Shown here in pieces: positions 1 to 9,301 of a DNA stretch of 64,000 nt. The notes under the pieces are model-generated. The model did no database searches and was not told the origin of the DNA. It worked only from the letters and a program-made list of their open reading frames with translations. The stretch's first letter is position 1. The number at the start of each line of letters is the position of its first letter. The stretch is from contig CAVVCK010000001.1 in assembly GCA_963746775.1 (NCBI GenBank), forward strand, positions 83,050-147,049, in the 5' to 3' direction. The position numbers and the translations under genes are program-made. This DNA is from an uncultured bacterium (GTDB lineage: Bacteria > Patescibacteriota > JABMPQ01 > CAVVCK01).

Positions 1-347
1 CCAGTATTTTCCATCTACCCCGCCTTCTTTATCTCCTATGGCGTCAACAGACATACCAAAATCATAGTCAGTAGTTTTGATTTCTAAAGCATCTTTTTCA
101 GCAGCTGCCTTTAAAGCGTCATAAGCTGTCATTCCTTCTCCAAAATCAACTTCGTAATTTTTTTCTTCATCACCGTAATTAATTGCTACTGTGACTGTCT
201 GTGCTGTTTGTTCACTAGCTATTTCTTGATTTTGTTCTTGATTCTGCTCTTGAGTTTGTTCCTGATTTGAAGAACACCCAGAACCCATAAATACAGTTGC
301 CCCTAACATCAAAACTAATGATAGTGATAGAAATTTTAATTTCTTCA
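1..347 (-). CDS. Partial secreted lipoprotein with a DUF4430-like (intrinsic-factor/transcobalamin beta-domain-like) putative cobalamin-binding domain. The N-terminus is in the window; the gene runs off the left edge.
   Basis: Reverse-strand ATG at 345-347. Translation begins MKKLKFLSLSLVLMLGATVFMGSGCSS (signal peptide plus lipobox-like Cys), then TVTVAINYGDEEKNYEVDFGEGMTAYDALKAAAEKDALEIKTTDYDFGMSVDAIGDKEGGVDGKYW. This resembles the conserved core of DUF4430/BtuG-like B12-binding domains. Absent from the ORF track because it is truncated by the window edge. Confidence 0.5.
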
Positions 348-375
348 TTTATTTTTCTCTTATTTAATAAATTAA

Positions 376-903
376 TTAATACTCTATTCCTTTCCTAGCT
401 TGTAAACCTTCATCATAATAATGTTTAACTTTTTTCATTTCTGTAACTAAATCTGCTTTATCTATTATCTCTTGCAAAACATTACGACCTGTTAAAACTA
501 TTTCAATGCCTTCTGGGTTTTTATTTAAAAAATCTAGAACTTCATCTTTGGAAATTAAGCCAAAATCTAAAGCTACATTTATTTCATCTAAAATTAAAAT
601 ATCAATATCTCTTGATAATACTAACTTTTTGGCAAAATTCAAGGCTTTATTTGCTAACTTCTTGTCTTCATTATTGTTATCATTTTTTCCAATAAATTCT
701 TTTCTACCAAAACTATATATTATAAAATTTGGTTCTAATTTTTTCTGTACTAACTTTTCGCCCGTTTCCTGTCCTTTCATAAATTGAACCATAACAACTT
801 TTAAACCTCGACCAACTGCTCTTAACGCTAACCCTAGAGCAGCTTTTGTTTTACCGCTACCATCACCGGTATAAACTTGTATTTTTCCTAAATATTTTTT
901 CAT
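376..903 (-). CDS. cobA: Cob(I)yrinic acid a,c-diamide (cobalamin) adenosyltransferase, CobA/BtuR/CobO family
   Basis: 175 aa. Motif YTGDGSGKTKAALGLALRAVGRGLKVVMVQFMKG and C-terminal HYYDEGLQARKGIEY are collinear with E. coli BtuR (TGNGKGKTTAAFG ... GIDY). Confidence 0.85.
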   Translation of the reverse strand: MKKYLGKIQVYTGDGSGKTKAALGLALRAVGRGLKVVMVQFMKGQETGEKLVQKKLEPNFIIYSFGRKEFIGKNDNNNEDKKLANKALNFAKKLVLSRDIDILILDEINVALDFGLISKDEVLDFLNKNPEGIEIVLTGRNVLQEIIDKADLVTEMKKVKHYYDEGLQARKGIEY

Positions 904-978
904 TCAAATTTTAAAATATTATGAAAATAACAGCTTTAAAATTTCCAATTTTTAATTCCTAATTACTAACAAAATACT

Positions 979-997
979 AAATATCCATTGGATATTT
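979..997. promoter_or_regulatory. Near-perfect palindrome AAATATCCA-t-TGGATATTT in the cobA upstream region; candidate operator
   Basis: 9-bp inverted arms with a 1-nt spacer, 76 bp upstream of the cobA start. A related TGGATATT / TTGGAAATT motif recurs at 1033-1048 and (reverse orientation) 938-950. Confidence 0.2.
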
Positions 998-1105
998 CCT
1001 TGTAATCCGAAAATTTGACATTAAAAATTTTATTGGAAATTGGATATTAGTAATTAGACATTTATAAAATAACTAAATTTCTTTTCTAAAATTTCAATCT
1101 AACTT

Positions 1106-4100
1106 CTATCCACACTTCGAATACCCGCAAGATCGACAAAGCATACATCCTTCGCTAAATTCCAACATATTTCCACAATCCGGACACTCAGGTGCATGAC
1201 CCATATCAGCTAAAGAAGAAATGTCTTCTGCCTTTTTCATTACTTTTTCATTCGCCATAGATTTTTCAGAGACAGGCTTAATTTCATCAGCTATAATATT
1301 TTCTTTCCTATCTTCAACTTCTAACTTTAATTGATCTTTTTCTGATTTAATTTCTTTTTGCTCAACTTGTTTTGGATAATCTAGCGGCAATTTATTTTGC
1401 TCTCTTTTTGTGTGTTCTGTTAATATCTTAGCTATAGCATCGGGAATAGATAAGACTGTTCCTTTTTTAGTCCACGATGGCATAGGACCTCTTATTCCAG
1501 ATATTTGTTTAATAACTTCTGAAGCTGGAATATTTGATCTAAAAGCTAGCGATATAAGACGACAAATTGCTTCTGAATCAGCTGCAAAAAAACCACCTGA
1601 TTTTCCTATAGTTGCAAATACTTCAAAAGGCTTTCCTTCTTCATCGCTATTAATAGTTACATATAAACCTCCATAGGCAGTCTTTAATTCATAAGTAGAT
1701 CCAGCGACTACTTCTGGACGTGGTTTTTTCGGTAAAGACTGAACAATTATTTCTTTAATGACTTTTTTCTCGTCTTGTTTTGAATCTCCTGTTTTTAAAA
1801 CTTGTAAATCTTTACAACCATCTCTATAAACTGTTACCCCTTTGCAACCTAGCTTATACGCCTCTTTATAAACCCTAGCTATATCTTCTTTTTTAGCATC
1901 ATTTTTAAAGTTTATAGTTTTTGATACTGCATTGTCTGTATATTTTTGAAAAGCAGCTTGTATTTTTAAATCCCATTCAGGCTCAATATCCCTAGATGTT
2001 ACAAAAATCTTTTTTAAATCATCAGGTACTTCATTCAAATTTTGAATACTACCTTCTTTAAATATTTTTTTAACTAATTCTTTGCTATAAAATCCTCTTT
2101 TTTCAGCTTCTGCAAAAAATAACGGATGAATTTCAAATTGATTAACCCCACCCATTGAATTTTCCCGACTATAAACTAGTGCATAGACAGGTTCTACACC
2201 AGATGAACAAGAAGCTACAATACTAGTATACCCAGTAGGCGCAATTGTTGTCACTGCAGCATTACGCATCGTTTTAAATTTCTTTCTTTTATACCAAACA
2301 CTTTCTCTAAAGTTTAGAAAGTTGCCCTTTTTTTCTCCTAATTCTTTTGAAGTTCTATGCGCTTCACGAGTTACAAATTTTATTAATTCGCAAGCAATTT
2401 CTACAGCCTTATTAGAATTATAGGGAATCCCCATTTTAATCAACATATCAGCAAAACCCATTACACCTAATCCTATTTTTCTATTATCATGAGCCATTTT
2501 CTTCATCTGAGGCAAAGGAAATGTATTGAGATCAATAGTATTATCTAAATAATGAACACCATAATTAACTGTTTCTTTCAACTTATCATAATCAATTACA
2601 TATTTATCTTTTTCTTCTTTTAACATCCTAGATAGTACAATCGAACCTAGATTACAAGTTTCATACGGCAGCAAAGGTTGTTCTCCGCAAGGATTAGTTG
2701 TGTCTATTTTACCTAAATGTGGAGTAGGGTTATCTTTCTCAATCCTGTCTAAAAACAAAACTCCTGGATCACCAGTATTCCAAGCATGATCTACTATTAA
2801 ATTAAATATTTCTCTGGCTTTTACCTTTTTTACTTCTTTTCCTGCACTTGGATCTATTAAAGAATATGAGCTCTCTTCCTTTAGCGCTCGCATAAACTTA
2901 TCAGTCACTCCTACGGATATATTAAAATTAGTCAGACTCACTCCATCATCTTTAGCTTTAATAAATTCTTCAATATCAGGATGATCAATATTTAAAATAA
3001 CCATGCTGCCTTGTTTTCTACCTCCTTTTGTTTTGATAGTATCTTGTGTTTGATCAAAAGCCTTCATAAAAGCCACAGGACCGGCTGCCATTTCTTGAGT
3101 CGAACCTACTGAACTATTTTTAGAACGTAATTTTGAAAAATTTATACCAGTACCACAGGTAGATTTATGTACCAAAACATTCTCTGACATTATCTTCATA
3201 ATACTCTCAATAGAATCTTCAATGGGCAAGGCGAAACAAGCAGATAAGGTTAAATTTTTATCACCAGCATTGCGTAATGATTGTCCAGAAATAAATTCTA
3301 AGCGAGACATCATTCCATAAAATTTTTCTTCTGTTTCCTTAATCTTACTTTTGTAGCCTGGATATTTTTTATCTGCTGAAGCAATAAACCCAGCTACTCT
3401 TCTAAACAATTCTTCTGGTGTTTCAATTACTTCTCCTTTATCATCTTTTTTTAAAGCTCTTTTTTCTAATACAGTCAGCGCATTATCAGCTAATTTTATT
3501 TTTGTACTCAAATTCTTTTCTTCCCTAATTTCTATAGGAGGCTCTGCTTTTTCTTCTTTTATTTTTCCAGCATTTAATATCTGTTCTTGCTTTGATCCAT
3601 CTCTGTAAACTGTAATACCCTTACAACCCAATTCATAAGCCATAACATAAGCTTTCTTAACATCCTCTATTTTAGCATTTTGAGGAAAATTAATTGTTTT
3701 TGAAACTGCGTTATCCGTATATTCCTGTGCGGCTGCTTGAATTTTCACATGCCATTCAAATGGTACATCATGAGCTGTTACAAATATTTTCTTATACTTG
3801 TCAGGTACTTCATCAATTTTTTGCAATGATCCATGTTCTTGTAATTTTTCTATCAATTTTTCACTATAAAATCCTTCTGATTTAGCTACTTCTTCAAAGA
3901 CAGGATCAATAAATATTAATGTCTTACTGGCTCTATTTTCACTGCCACTTTCAAAAAAAGTTCTTCTAGCACTAAACAATGAAAAAACTGGTTCTACCCC
4001 CGATGAAGTATTACCCACCATACTAATAGTACCATTAGGAGCAATAGTAGTAATAGTTGCATTTCTAACTTTTAATTTCTTTTTTTCAAAACTGCTACCT

Positions 4101-5380
4101 TTATAGGCAGGTAATATTCCCCTTTTTCTAGCCAAATTGCAAGATTCTTTTTCTCCTTCTTCTTTAATAAATTTCATTATCCTTTTAATTAAAACAAGTG
4201 ATTCATTGCTATTATAAGGAATACCTAGTCTATATAGACCCTGAGCATAACCCATAATGCCAAGACCTATTTTCCTTGTTTTTAATACATTCTCTCTAAT
4301 TTGAGGAAGTGGATAATTATTTAGATCAATCATATTATCCATAAAATGTATAACTGTCTTAACAGTTTTTTTCATATCATCCCAATCAATTTTTCCATTT
4401 TTTATGTGCCCCGGAAATATAATCGAACCTAGATTACATGATTCATAGGGAAGCAAGGGCTGCTCACCACAAGGATTAGTTGCTTCAATTTTACCAAGCT
4501 GCGGGGTTGGATTATCTTTTTCCAATTTATCTAAAAAAATAATTCCTGGATCAGCGCAAGACCAAGCTTTTTCGACAATTAAATTAAAAATCTTGCTGGC
4601 TGATAATTTTTTTACCTTCTTTCCATTCCTAGGATTTATTAAATAATAATCCTCATCACGCCTTACTCTTTCCATAAAATCAGCTGTCACACCAACAGAT
4701 ATATTAAAATTTTTCAATTCAGATGAACCATTCTTTAAATTAATAAATTCCAAAATATCTGGATGATCAATATTTAAAATTCCCATATTTGCTCCATGCC
4801 TTTTACCTCCCTGCAAAACTCTTGATAGCGCTTGATCAAAAGATTTTACATAATGAATAGGTCCAGCAGCAATATTAGGAATATTTTTTACTTTATCACC
4901 TTTAGGCCTAATACTAGAAAAATTAAAACCAGTACCTCCATTATTTTGCTGAATAGTGGCTGCGTTTGCTAAACTTCCGAAAATTCCTTCCAGAGAATCT
5001 TTAATTGGTACTACAAAGCAGGAAGAAAGTTGTCCTGTATTATTATTGCCGGCTTCAAATAAAACTCTACCCCCTGGCAAAAATTTTAAAGAGGCCATTA
5101 TTTTGTAAAATTTTTCCGTTGTCTCATCTAAAATTTTATTCTTACTCTTCCTTTCGGATTTATCTAAATAATTACTATCAGCTGAAGCCATAAACTTAGC
5201 TACTCTATAAAACATTTCAGCCGGGGTCTCAATTGGATTGCCCTTCTTATCGGTTTTAGTATACCTTTTATTAATTACCTCAATGGCATTTTCGGATAAT
5301 GTTGGCACAATTTCTTCTGTGATTTTATTTTTTTTGGTCATTTTATATATTAAGATAAATTTTTTAATAACAAATCCCAT
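1106..5380 (-). CDS. nrdJ: Tandem-fused double class II (adenosylcobalamin-dependent) ribonucleotide reductase, NrdJ-NrdJ. Two complete catalytic cores plus a C-terminal tail with a Cys4 zinc ribbon.
   Basis: 1424 aa. Core 1 is about aa 14-610 and core 2 about aa 631-1195. Each has the N-terminal Cys motif (SSCFVVPI / SACFALPI), the thiyl-radical motif NPCGEQPLLPYE(S/T)CNLGS, GGTGFNFS/CGTGINFS, ILNIDHPDI, NFNISVGVT and a YRDG end. The C-terminal 230 aa (ATIGKSGGF ... CPDCGNMLEFSEGCMLCRSCGYSKCG) follows core 2 only. The start may instead be the Met at 5341 (MTKKNKITEE), which removes the 31-bp overlap with the upstream gene. Confidence 0.85.
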   Translation of the reverse strand: MGFVIKKFILIYKMTKKNKITEEIVPTLSENAIEVINKRYTKTDKKGNPIETPAEMFYRVAKFMASADSNYLDKSERKSKNKILDETTEKFYKIMASLKFLPGGRVLFEAGNNNTGQLSSCFVVPIKDSLEGIFGSLANAATIQQNNGGTGFNFSSIRPKGDKVKNIPNIAAGPIHYVKSFDQALSRVLQGGKRHGANMGILNIDHPDILEFINLKNGSSELKNFNISVGVTADFMERVRRDEDYYLINPRNGKKVKKLSASKIFNLIVEKAWSCADPGIIFLDKLEKDNPTPQLGKIEATNPCGEQPLLPYESCNLGSIIFPGHIKNGKIDWDDMKKTVKTVIHFMDNMIDLNNYPLPQIRENVLKTRKIGLGIMGYAQGLYRLGIPYNSNESLVLIKRIMKFIKEEGEKESCNLARKRGILPAYKGSSFEKKKLKVRNATITTIAPNGTISMVGNTSSGVEPVFSLFSARRTFFESGSENRASKTLIFIDPVFEEVAKSEGFYSEKLIEKLQEHGSLQKIDEVPDKYKKIFVTAHDVPFEWHVKIQAAAQEYTDNAVSKTINFPQNAKIEDVKKAYVMAYELGCKGITVYRDGSKQEQILNAGKIKEEKAEPPIEIREEKNLSTKIKLADNALTVLEKRALKKDDKGEVIETPEELFRRVAGFIASADKKYPGYKSKIKETEEKFYGMMSRLEFISGQSLRNAGDKNLTLSACFALPIEDSIESIMKIMSENVLVHKSTCGTGINFSKLRSKNSSVGSTQEMAAGPVAFMKAFDQTQDTIKTKGGRKQGSMVILNIDHPDIEEFIKAKDDGVSLTNFNISVGVTDKFMRALKEESSYSLIDPSAGKEVKKVKAREIFNLIVDHAWNTGDPGVLFLDRIEKDNPTPHLGKIDTTNPCGEQPLLPYETCNLGSIVLSRMLKEEKDKYVIDYDKLKETVNYGVHYLDNTIDLNTFPLPQMKKMAHDNRKIGLGVMGFADMLIKMGIPYNSNKAVEIACELIKFVTREAHRTSKELGEKKGNFLNFRESVWYKRKKFKTMRNAAVTTIAPTGYTSIVASCSSGVEPVYALVYSRENSMGGVNQFEIHPLFFAEAEKRGFYSKELVKKIFKEGSIQNLNEVPDDLKKIFVTSRDIEPEWDLKIQAAFQKYTDNAVSKTINFKNDAKKEDIARVYKEAYKLGCKGVTVYRDGCKDLQVLKTGDSKQDEKKVIKEIIVQSLPKKPRPEVVAGSTYELKTAYGGLYVTINSDEEGKPFEVFATIGKSGGFFAADSEAICRLISLAFRSNIPASEVIKQISGIRGPMPSWTKKGTVLSIPDAIAKILTEHTKREQNKLPLDYPKQVEQKEIKSEKDQLKLEVEDRKENIIADEIKPVSEKSMANEKVMKKAEDISSLADMGHAPECPDCGNMLEFSEGCMLCRSCGYSKCG

Positions 5381-6144
5381 GAATTTTTTATATCTTCTTT
5401 TTCTAATATTTCTAAACTAAGAAAATTATTATAATTAATTTTTTTAAGAAAAATAATAAACTCTTCTAAATTTAAATCTCCTTTTTTCTGAAAACCAAAA
5501 TGGGCTTGACCATTTTTTATAGCATTATGCAAATGAATATTTTTAATACTATTTTTATTGTTTTTTAAAAACTTTAAAAAACTATCATTATTTTGCACAC
5601 AATGTCCAACATCTATAGTAAAATTTATATCGGGAATAAAAGATTTAATTTTTGATAATTCGTTAAGCAACACAGGATATGATATCTGAGTTGTTTTCTT
5701 TAAAGAAACATTTTCTATTGCAATGCTCATTTTATTTGCTGCATATTTTATTATTTGTTGAAAATTTTCTATAAATGTTTTTCTAACTTCGTTTTTACTT
5801 AAAAATAATGGATAAGATCCAGCATGAATAGTAACTACCTTTGACCTTAATCTAACTGCAATATCTATTGTCTTTTTTAAAATATTAATTGATGCTTTGT
5901 TAACCTCTTTATGAGTAGATATTAATGTTAAATTTATAAAAGGAGCATGAATAATTATTTCATAATTAGAAAGTTTCTTTTTTATCCATTCTATTTCCCT
6001 AATATTAAGATCATTTTCTTCTAACCATATTTCTATAAAATCAAGACCGTTAAACTTGTTTAAAAAATTAATATATTCTTCCCATTTATCTTTATTATAG
6101 GATGTAAGATTTAGGAAAAGTCCTTTTTTAAATAATCTGCTCAT
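5350..6144 (-). CDS. Xylose-isomerase-like TIM-barrel protein resembling AP endonuclease family 2 (endonuclease IV/Nfo-like)
   Basis: 264 aa. IIIHAPFINL, IAIENVS, IDVGHCVQNND, IHLHNAIKNGQAHFGF are roughly collinear with the metal-ligand motifs of Nfo/TIM-barrel sugar-phosphate isomerases. Sits inside the nrd operon. Confidence 0.55.
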   Translation of the reverse strand: MSRLFKKGLFLNLTSYNKDKWEEYINFLNKFNGLDFIEIWLEENDLNIREIEWIKKKLSNYEIIIHAPFINLTLISTHKEVNKASINILKKTIDIAVRLRSKVVTIHAGSYPLFLSKNEVRKTFIENFQQIIKYAANKMSIAIENVSLKKTTQISYPVLLNELSKIKSFIPDINFTIDVGHCVQNNDSFLKFLKNNKNSIKNIHLHNAIKNGQAHFGFQKKGDLNLEEFIIFLKKINYNNFLSLEILEKEDIKNSWDLLLKNLS

Positions 6145-6145
6145 T

Positions 6146-7528
6146 TTATTTACAATATCTTTTAAATAATTCTGGTGAAAATATTTTATCTCTAATATGA
6201 GATTTTAAAAATCTTGCATTGAACTTATCTTTTCTTTCTTTTTCAACCCTCTGCTCTAAAATATGTCTAAATTTTTCTATTTTTTTAATTGTGTCTTTAT
6301 CACCACCATAATACACAGAAAAACAGGGTGATATTAAATTTTGATATAAACCAAGATAAAAATGACCATTATGAATTATATAAGATGGTAACTCAGCAAT
6401 AACTCCACCACTAACTTCGTTTTGTGGAGAAACTTGATGTTTATATTTCTCTCCCAAAAAATTCTGTTGTAAACAAGTTTTATAAGGAAATTTTTTAGCT
6501 CTAAAATCTTTCATAATAACAACTTCTTCCTCATCTTTTTTAAGCTGCTCTTCAAAATCATCTCCGATCATACTATCCAATATTGTTGGAGTAAAAAAAT
6601 GTATGCTAACATCAAAATCCGTACCCTTAGCTTTAAATTTTTGACTAAATATATCGGCTTTGCCCCCCCCTAATAACTTTTTAAATTCTTCCATTCTACC
6701 AAAAAAAATATTTCTTTCTTCTTCAGTGAAAATGTTTGAACCTTTCAATTTTTTCCATAAATTTTCTTCAAATTTATTTTCTTCCGCAACTACAATTAAA
6801 TCAATATCTGAACTGCCAGTTTCATCTAATAATTTTCTTATATTATAAAAAGGACCATAGCTCATAGAACCACCAACAATTACACTATCCGCCAAACCTT
6901 CCATCAGATTTGTTAACTCTTTTATTTTATAAAATCTCTCTAAAGTGCCTTCAACACTTTCAATAAAACTCGGTTTTCTTTTTCCCAACTCTTTTCCTTT
7001 GCTTATTTTAAGAAAATCTGGCAAACTTGGTTTTAATTCAGTTAAAATGTCTATTAATTTTTCACCAAAAACTTTGATATCTATGTTTTCCTTGATATGG
7101 CACATATAAACTTGCTCAAGAAAACTTGCTAACCAGGCCTTTATTAATATTTCATGATAATTATGCAAATCAAAATGTTTTACTTCATTTAATAAAGAAG
7201 TAAATCTATTTTCCCAATTAGAAACATCAACATCTTTTAATATCTCATCAAAATTCTTTTTAAATCTTTCTATCCCCATAAACTCGTCTACCATCTTACC
7301 TTCTGTATAAACAAAATTAGCATCGCTATTTAAAAATTCTCTCTCAATATTTCTTAATTCATCTATATTTTTACTTTCTGTTATTTTCTTTAAGAGAGTC
7401 AATGCTTCTTTCTCTTCTAAGAGTCCTTGAAAATATAAATCATGGATATTTATCTTTAAATTTTGCTTTAAATTTTCAAAACTATCCAAAGATTCAATTT
7501 TTTCATTAGTTGTTTCAAATTCAATCAT
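6146..7528 (-). CDS. Pol-beta-superfamily nucleotidyltransferase-domain protein of unknown specificity (divergent). Embedded between RNR genes.
   Basis: 460 aa. Central VGGSMSYGPFYNIRKLLDETGSSDIDLIVV is a G[GS]...DxD nucleotidyltransferase motif with an insertion. A later acidic site is TDFDVSIHFF. Flanked by a 200-aa helical N-terminal region and a 150-aa C-terminal region with no recognisable family. Confidence 0.5.
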   Translation of the reverse strand: MIEFETTNEKIESLDSFENLKQNLKINIHDLYFQGLLEEKEALTLLKKITESKNIDELRNIEREFLNSDANFVYTEGKMVDEFMGIERFKKNFDEILKDVDVSNWENRFTSLLNEVKHFDLHNYHEILIKAWLASFLEQVYMCHIKENIDIKVFGEKLIDILTELKPSLPDFLKISKGKELGKRKPSFIESVEGTLERFYKIKELTNLMEGLADSVIVGGSMSYGPFYNIRKLLDETGSSDIDLIVVAEENKFEENLWKKLKGSNIFTEEERNIFFGRMEEFKKLLGGGKADIFSQKFKAKGTDFDVSIHFFTPTILDSMIGDDFEEQLKKDEEEVVIMKDFRAKKFPYKTCLQQNFLGEKYKHQVSPQNEVSGGVIAELPSYIIHNGHFYLGLYQNLISPCFSVYYGGDKDTIKKIEKFRHILEQRVEKERKDKFNARFLKSHIRDKIFSPELFKRYCK

Positions 7529-7537
7529 TATTTTTTA

Positions 7538-9301
7538 CTATTTAATATAATTCAGTACCTGTTTATCACGACTTCTATCTCTGTAAACTGTCGTTCCCTT
7601 ACAGCCAAGCTTATAGGCTAATTTAAATACTTCTTCAACATCATGTAGCGTTGCATCGTGTGGTAGATTAACTGTTTTAGAAACAGCATTGTCGGTATAT
7701 TTTTGGAAAGCTGCTTGAATTCTAATATGCCACTCTGGTGCAATATCGTGAGCTGTTACAAATACCTTTTGCATTTCCTCGGGTATTCCTTCCATATTTT
7801 TTATAGTTCCACGCTCAGCCACTTTCTCCATTAGATCTTTAGAGTAAAGCCATTTTTCTTTAGCAACTTTTTCAAAAATAGGATTTACTTCTATTAATTC
7901 ATCTTTGCCTAAATCCATAATATTTTTTCTAACATATACTAACCCGAAAATAGGTTCAATCCCAGAAGTACAATTAGCAAAGATACTGGTTGTCCCGTTT
8001 GGTGCAATGGTTGTACAAGTTGCATTTCTTAATTTTTTAAAACCTTTTTTTGGCCAAATACTTTTATTAAAATTTGGGAAGTTGCCTCGCTCCTTGGCAA
8101 GCTTAACCGAAGCATCTCTAGCTTTCTTTTGAATAAATTTCATCAGTTTCTCCGCAAACAAAATTCCTTCTTCTGAATTATAAGGAATATTAAACTCAGC
8201 TAGCATATCAGCAAAACCCATTACACCTAACCCAATTTTTCTGTTTCCCCGATTTATTTCTTTAATTTCAGGAAGCGGATAATGATTTACATCTATGGAG
8301 TTATCCAGAAAATGAACTGCTACATCAATTACCCTCTCTAATCTGTCATAGTCTAATTCTTTTTCACCATTATTATCTACTACAAATTGAGATAAAATTA
8401 TAGAACCCAAATTACAGGCTTCATAAGCAAGCAACGGTTGCTCTCCACATAAGTTAGTTGCTTCAATTCTACCTAATCCAGGTGTCTGATTATATTTATT
8501 TACTGTATCAATAAAAATTATTCCTGGCTCAGCTGACTTCCAGGCTTTTTCCACAATTAAACTAAAAATTTTACGCGCACTTAAGTTCTTTACTTTTTTA
8601 TTGTTTCTAGGATTTATCAAATCATAATTTCTGCCATTCTTTACAGCTTTCATAAATTTATCAGTAATAGCGACTGATATATTAAAATTATTAAGAGCAT
8701 TATTCCCTTCTTTAGATTTTATAAAATCTAAAATATCCGGATGATCTACTCTTAAAATTCCCATATTACCAGCTCTTCTGGTACTAGCATTATTAACTAC
8801 AGTTTCGGAACTAAAATCATAAAGTTTCATAAAAGATAGGGGGCCAGAAGATTTTCCTTTGGTTGTTGAAACCAAATCCTCAGCTGGTCTTAATTTTGAA
8901 AAATCATAACCTATTCCTGCTCCAGTTTTATGTAAAAATGCTGCATTCTTTAGCGTTGTATAAATTGAATCCATTGAATCTTCAATTGGCAGTACATAAC
9001 AGGCCGACAATTGTTGTAATTCTCGACCGGCATTACGCAAAGTCATGCCAGATAAAAATTCTAGATTATTCATTACTTCAAAAAATTCTTCTTCAGTTTT
9101 TTTGAGTTCTTGTTTTGATTTTGTATAATTTTTATCTGCTGAAGCAATATTATGAGCTATGCGTCGAAACATATCTGAGACTTTTTCATATTGACCATTT
9201 TTATTTTTTTTCAAATATTGTCTTTTTTTCATTACAGCTACGGCATTTTTAGTCAATATTGGCTCTTCTGCTATTTTTTTAATTTTCTTTTGTTTTCCCA
9301 T
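7538..9301 (-). CDS. nrdJ: Third class II ribonucleotide reductase paralogue (NrdJ core only, no C-terminal zinc-ribbon tail)
   Basis: 587 aa. LSACYVLPIED, TGAGIGYDFS, ILRVDHPDI, NFNISVAIT, ATNLCGEQPLLAYEACNLGS (Pro to Leu in the NPCGE motif, cysteines retained). Ends VYRDRSRDKQVLNYIK. Confidence 0.85.
   Translation of the reverse strand: MGKQKKIKKIAEEPILTKNAVAVMKKRQYLKKNKNGQYEKVSDMFRRIAHNIASADKNYTKSKQELKKTEEEFFEVMNNLEFLSGMTLRNAGRELQQLSACYVLPIEDSMDSIYTTLKNAAFLHKTGAGIGYDFSKLRPAEDLVSTTKGKSSGPLSFMKLYDFSSETVVNNASTRRAGNMGILRVDHPDILDFIKSKEGNNALNNFNISVAITDKFMKAVKNGRNYDLINPRNNKKVKNLSARKIFSLIVEKAWKSAEPGIIFIDTVNKYNQTPGLGRIEATNLCGEQPLLAYEACNLGSIILSQFVVDNNGEKELDYDRLERVIDVAVHFLDNSIDVNHYPLPEIKEINRGNRKIGLGVMGFADMLAEFNIPYNSEEGILFAEKLMKFIQKKARDASVKLAKERGNFPNFNKSIWPKKGFKKLRNATCTTIAPNGTTSIFANCTSGIEPIFGLVYVRKNIMDLGKDELIEVNPIFEKVAKEKWLYSKDLMEKVAERGTIKNMEGIPEEMQKVFVTAHDIAPEWHIRIQAAFQKYTDNAVSKTVNLPHDATLHDVEEVFKLAYKLGCKGTTVYRDRSRDKQVLNYIK

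Noticed and set aside
506-787. Plus-strand ORF of 93 aa inside cobA, and the many similar 60-170 aa antisense ORFs in the track (for example 1410..1676, 3694..3885, 15025..16176, 21231..21497, 39452..39892, 45279..45567, 50039..50347, 55396..55728, 57526..57939)
   Set aside because: Each lies entirely within a well-supported gene on the opposite strand. Each has low-complexity, Ser/Leu/Phe-rich translations typical of antisense frames in AT-rich DNA.
903-1106. Cobalamin riboswitch upstream of cobA or nrdJ
   Set aside because: The intergenic region is very AT-rich. It lacks the conserved B12-box and GC-rich paired elements. Only short palindromes are present.
1106-5380. Intein insertion as an explanation for the 1424-aa RNR
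   Set aside because: There are no intein splice-junction or HNH/LAGLIDADG motifs. The extra length is a second complete NrdJ catalytic core plus the C-terminal tail.
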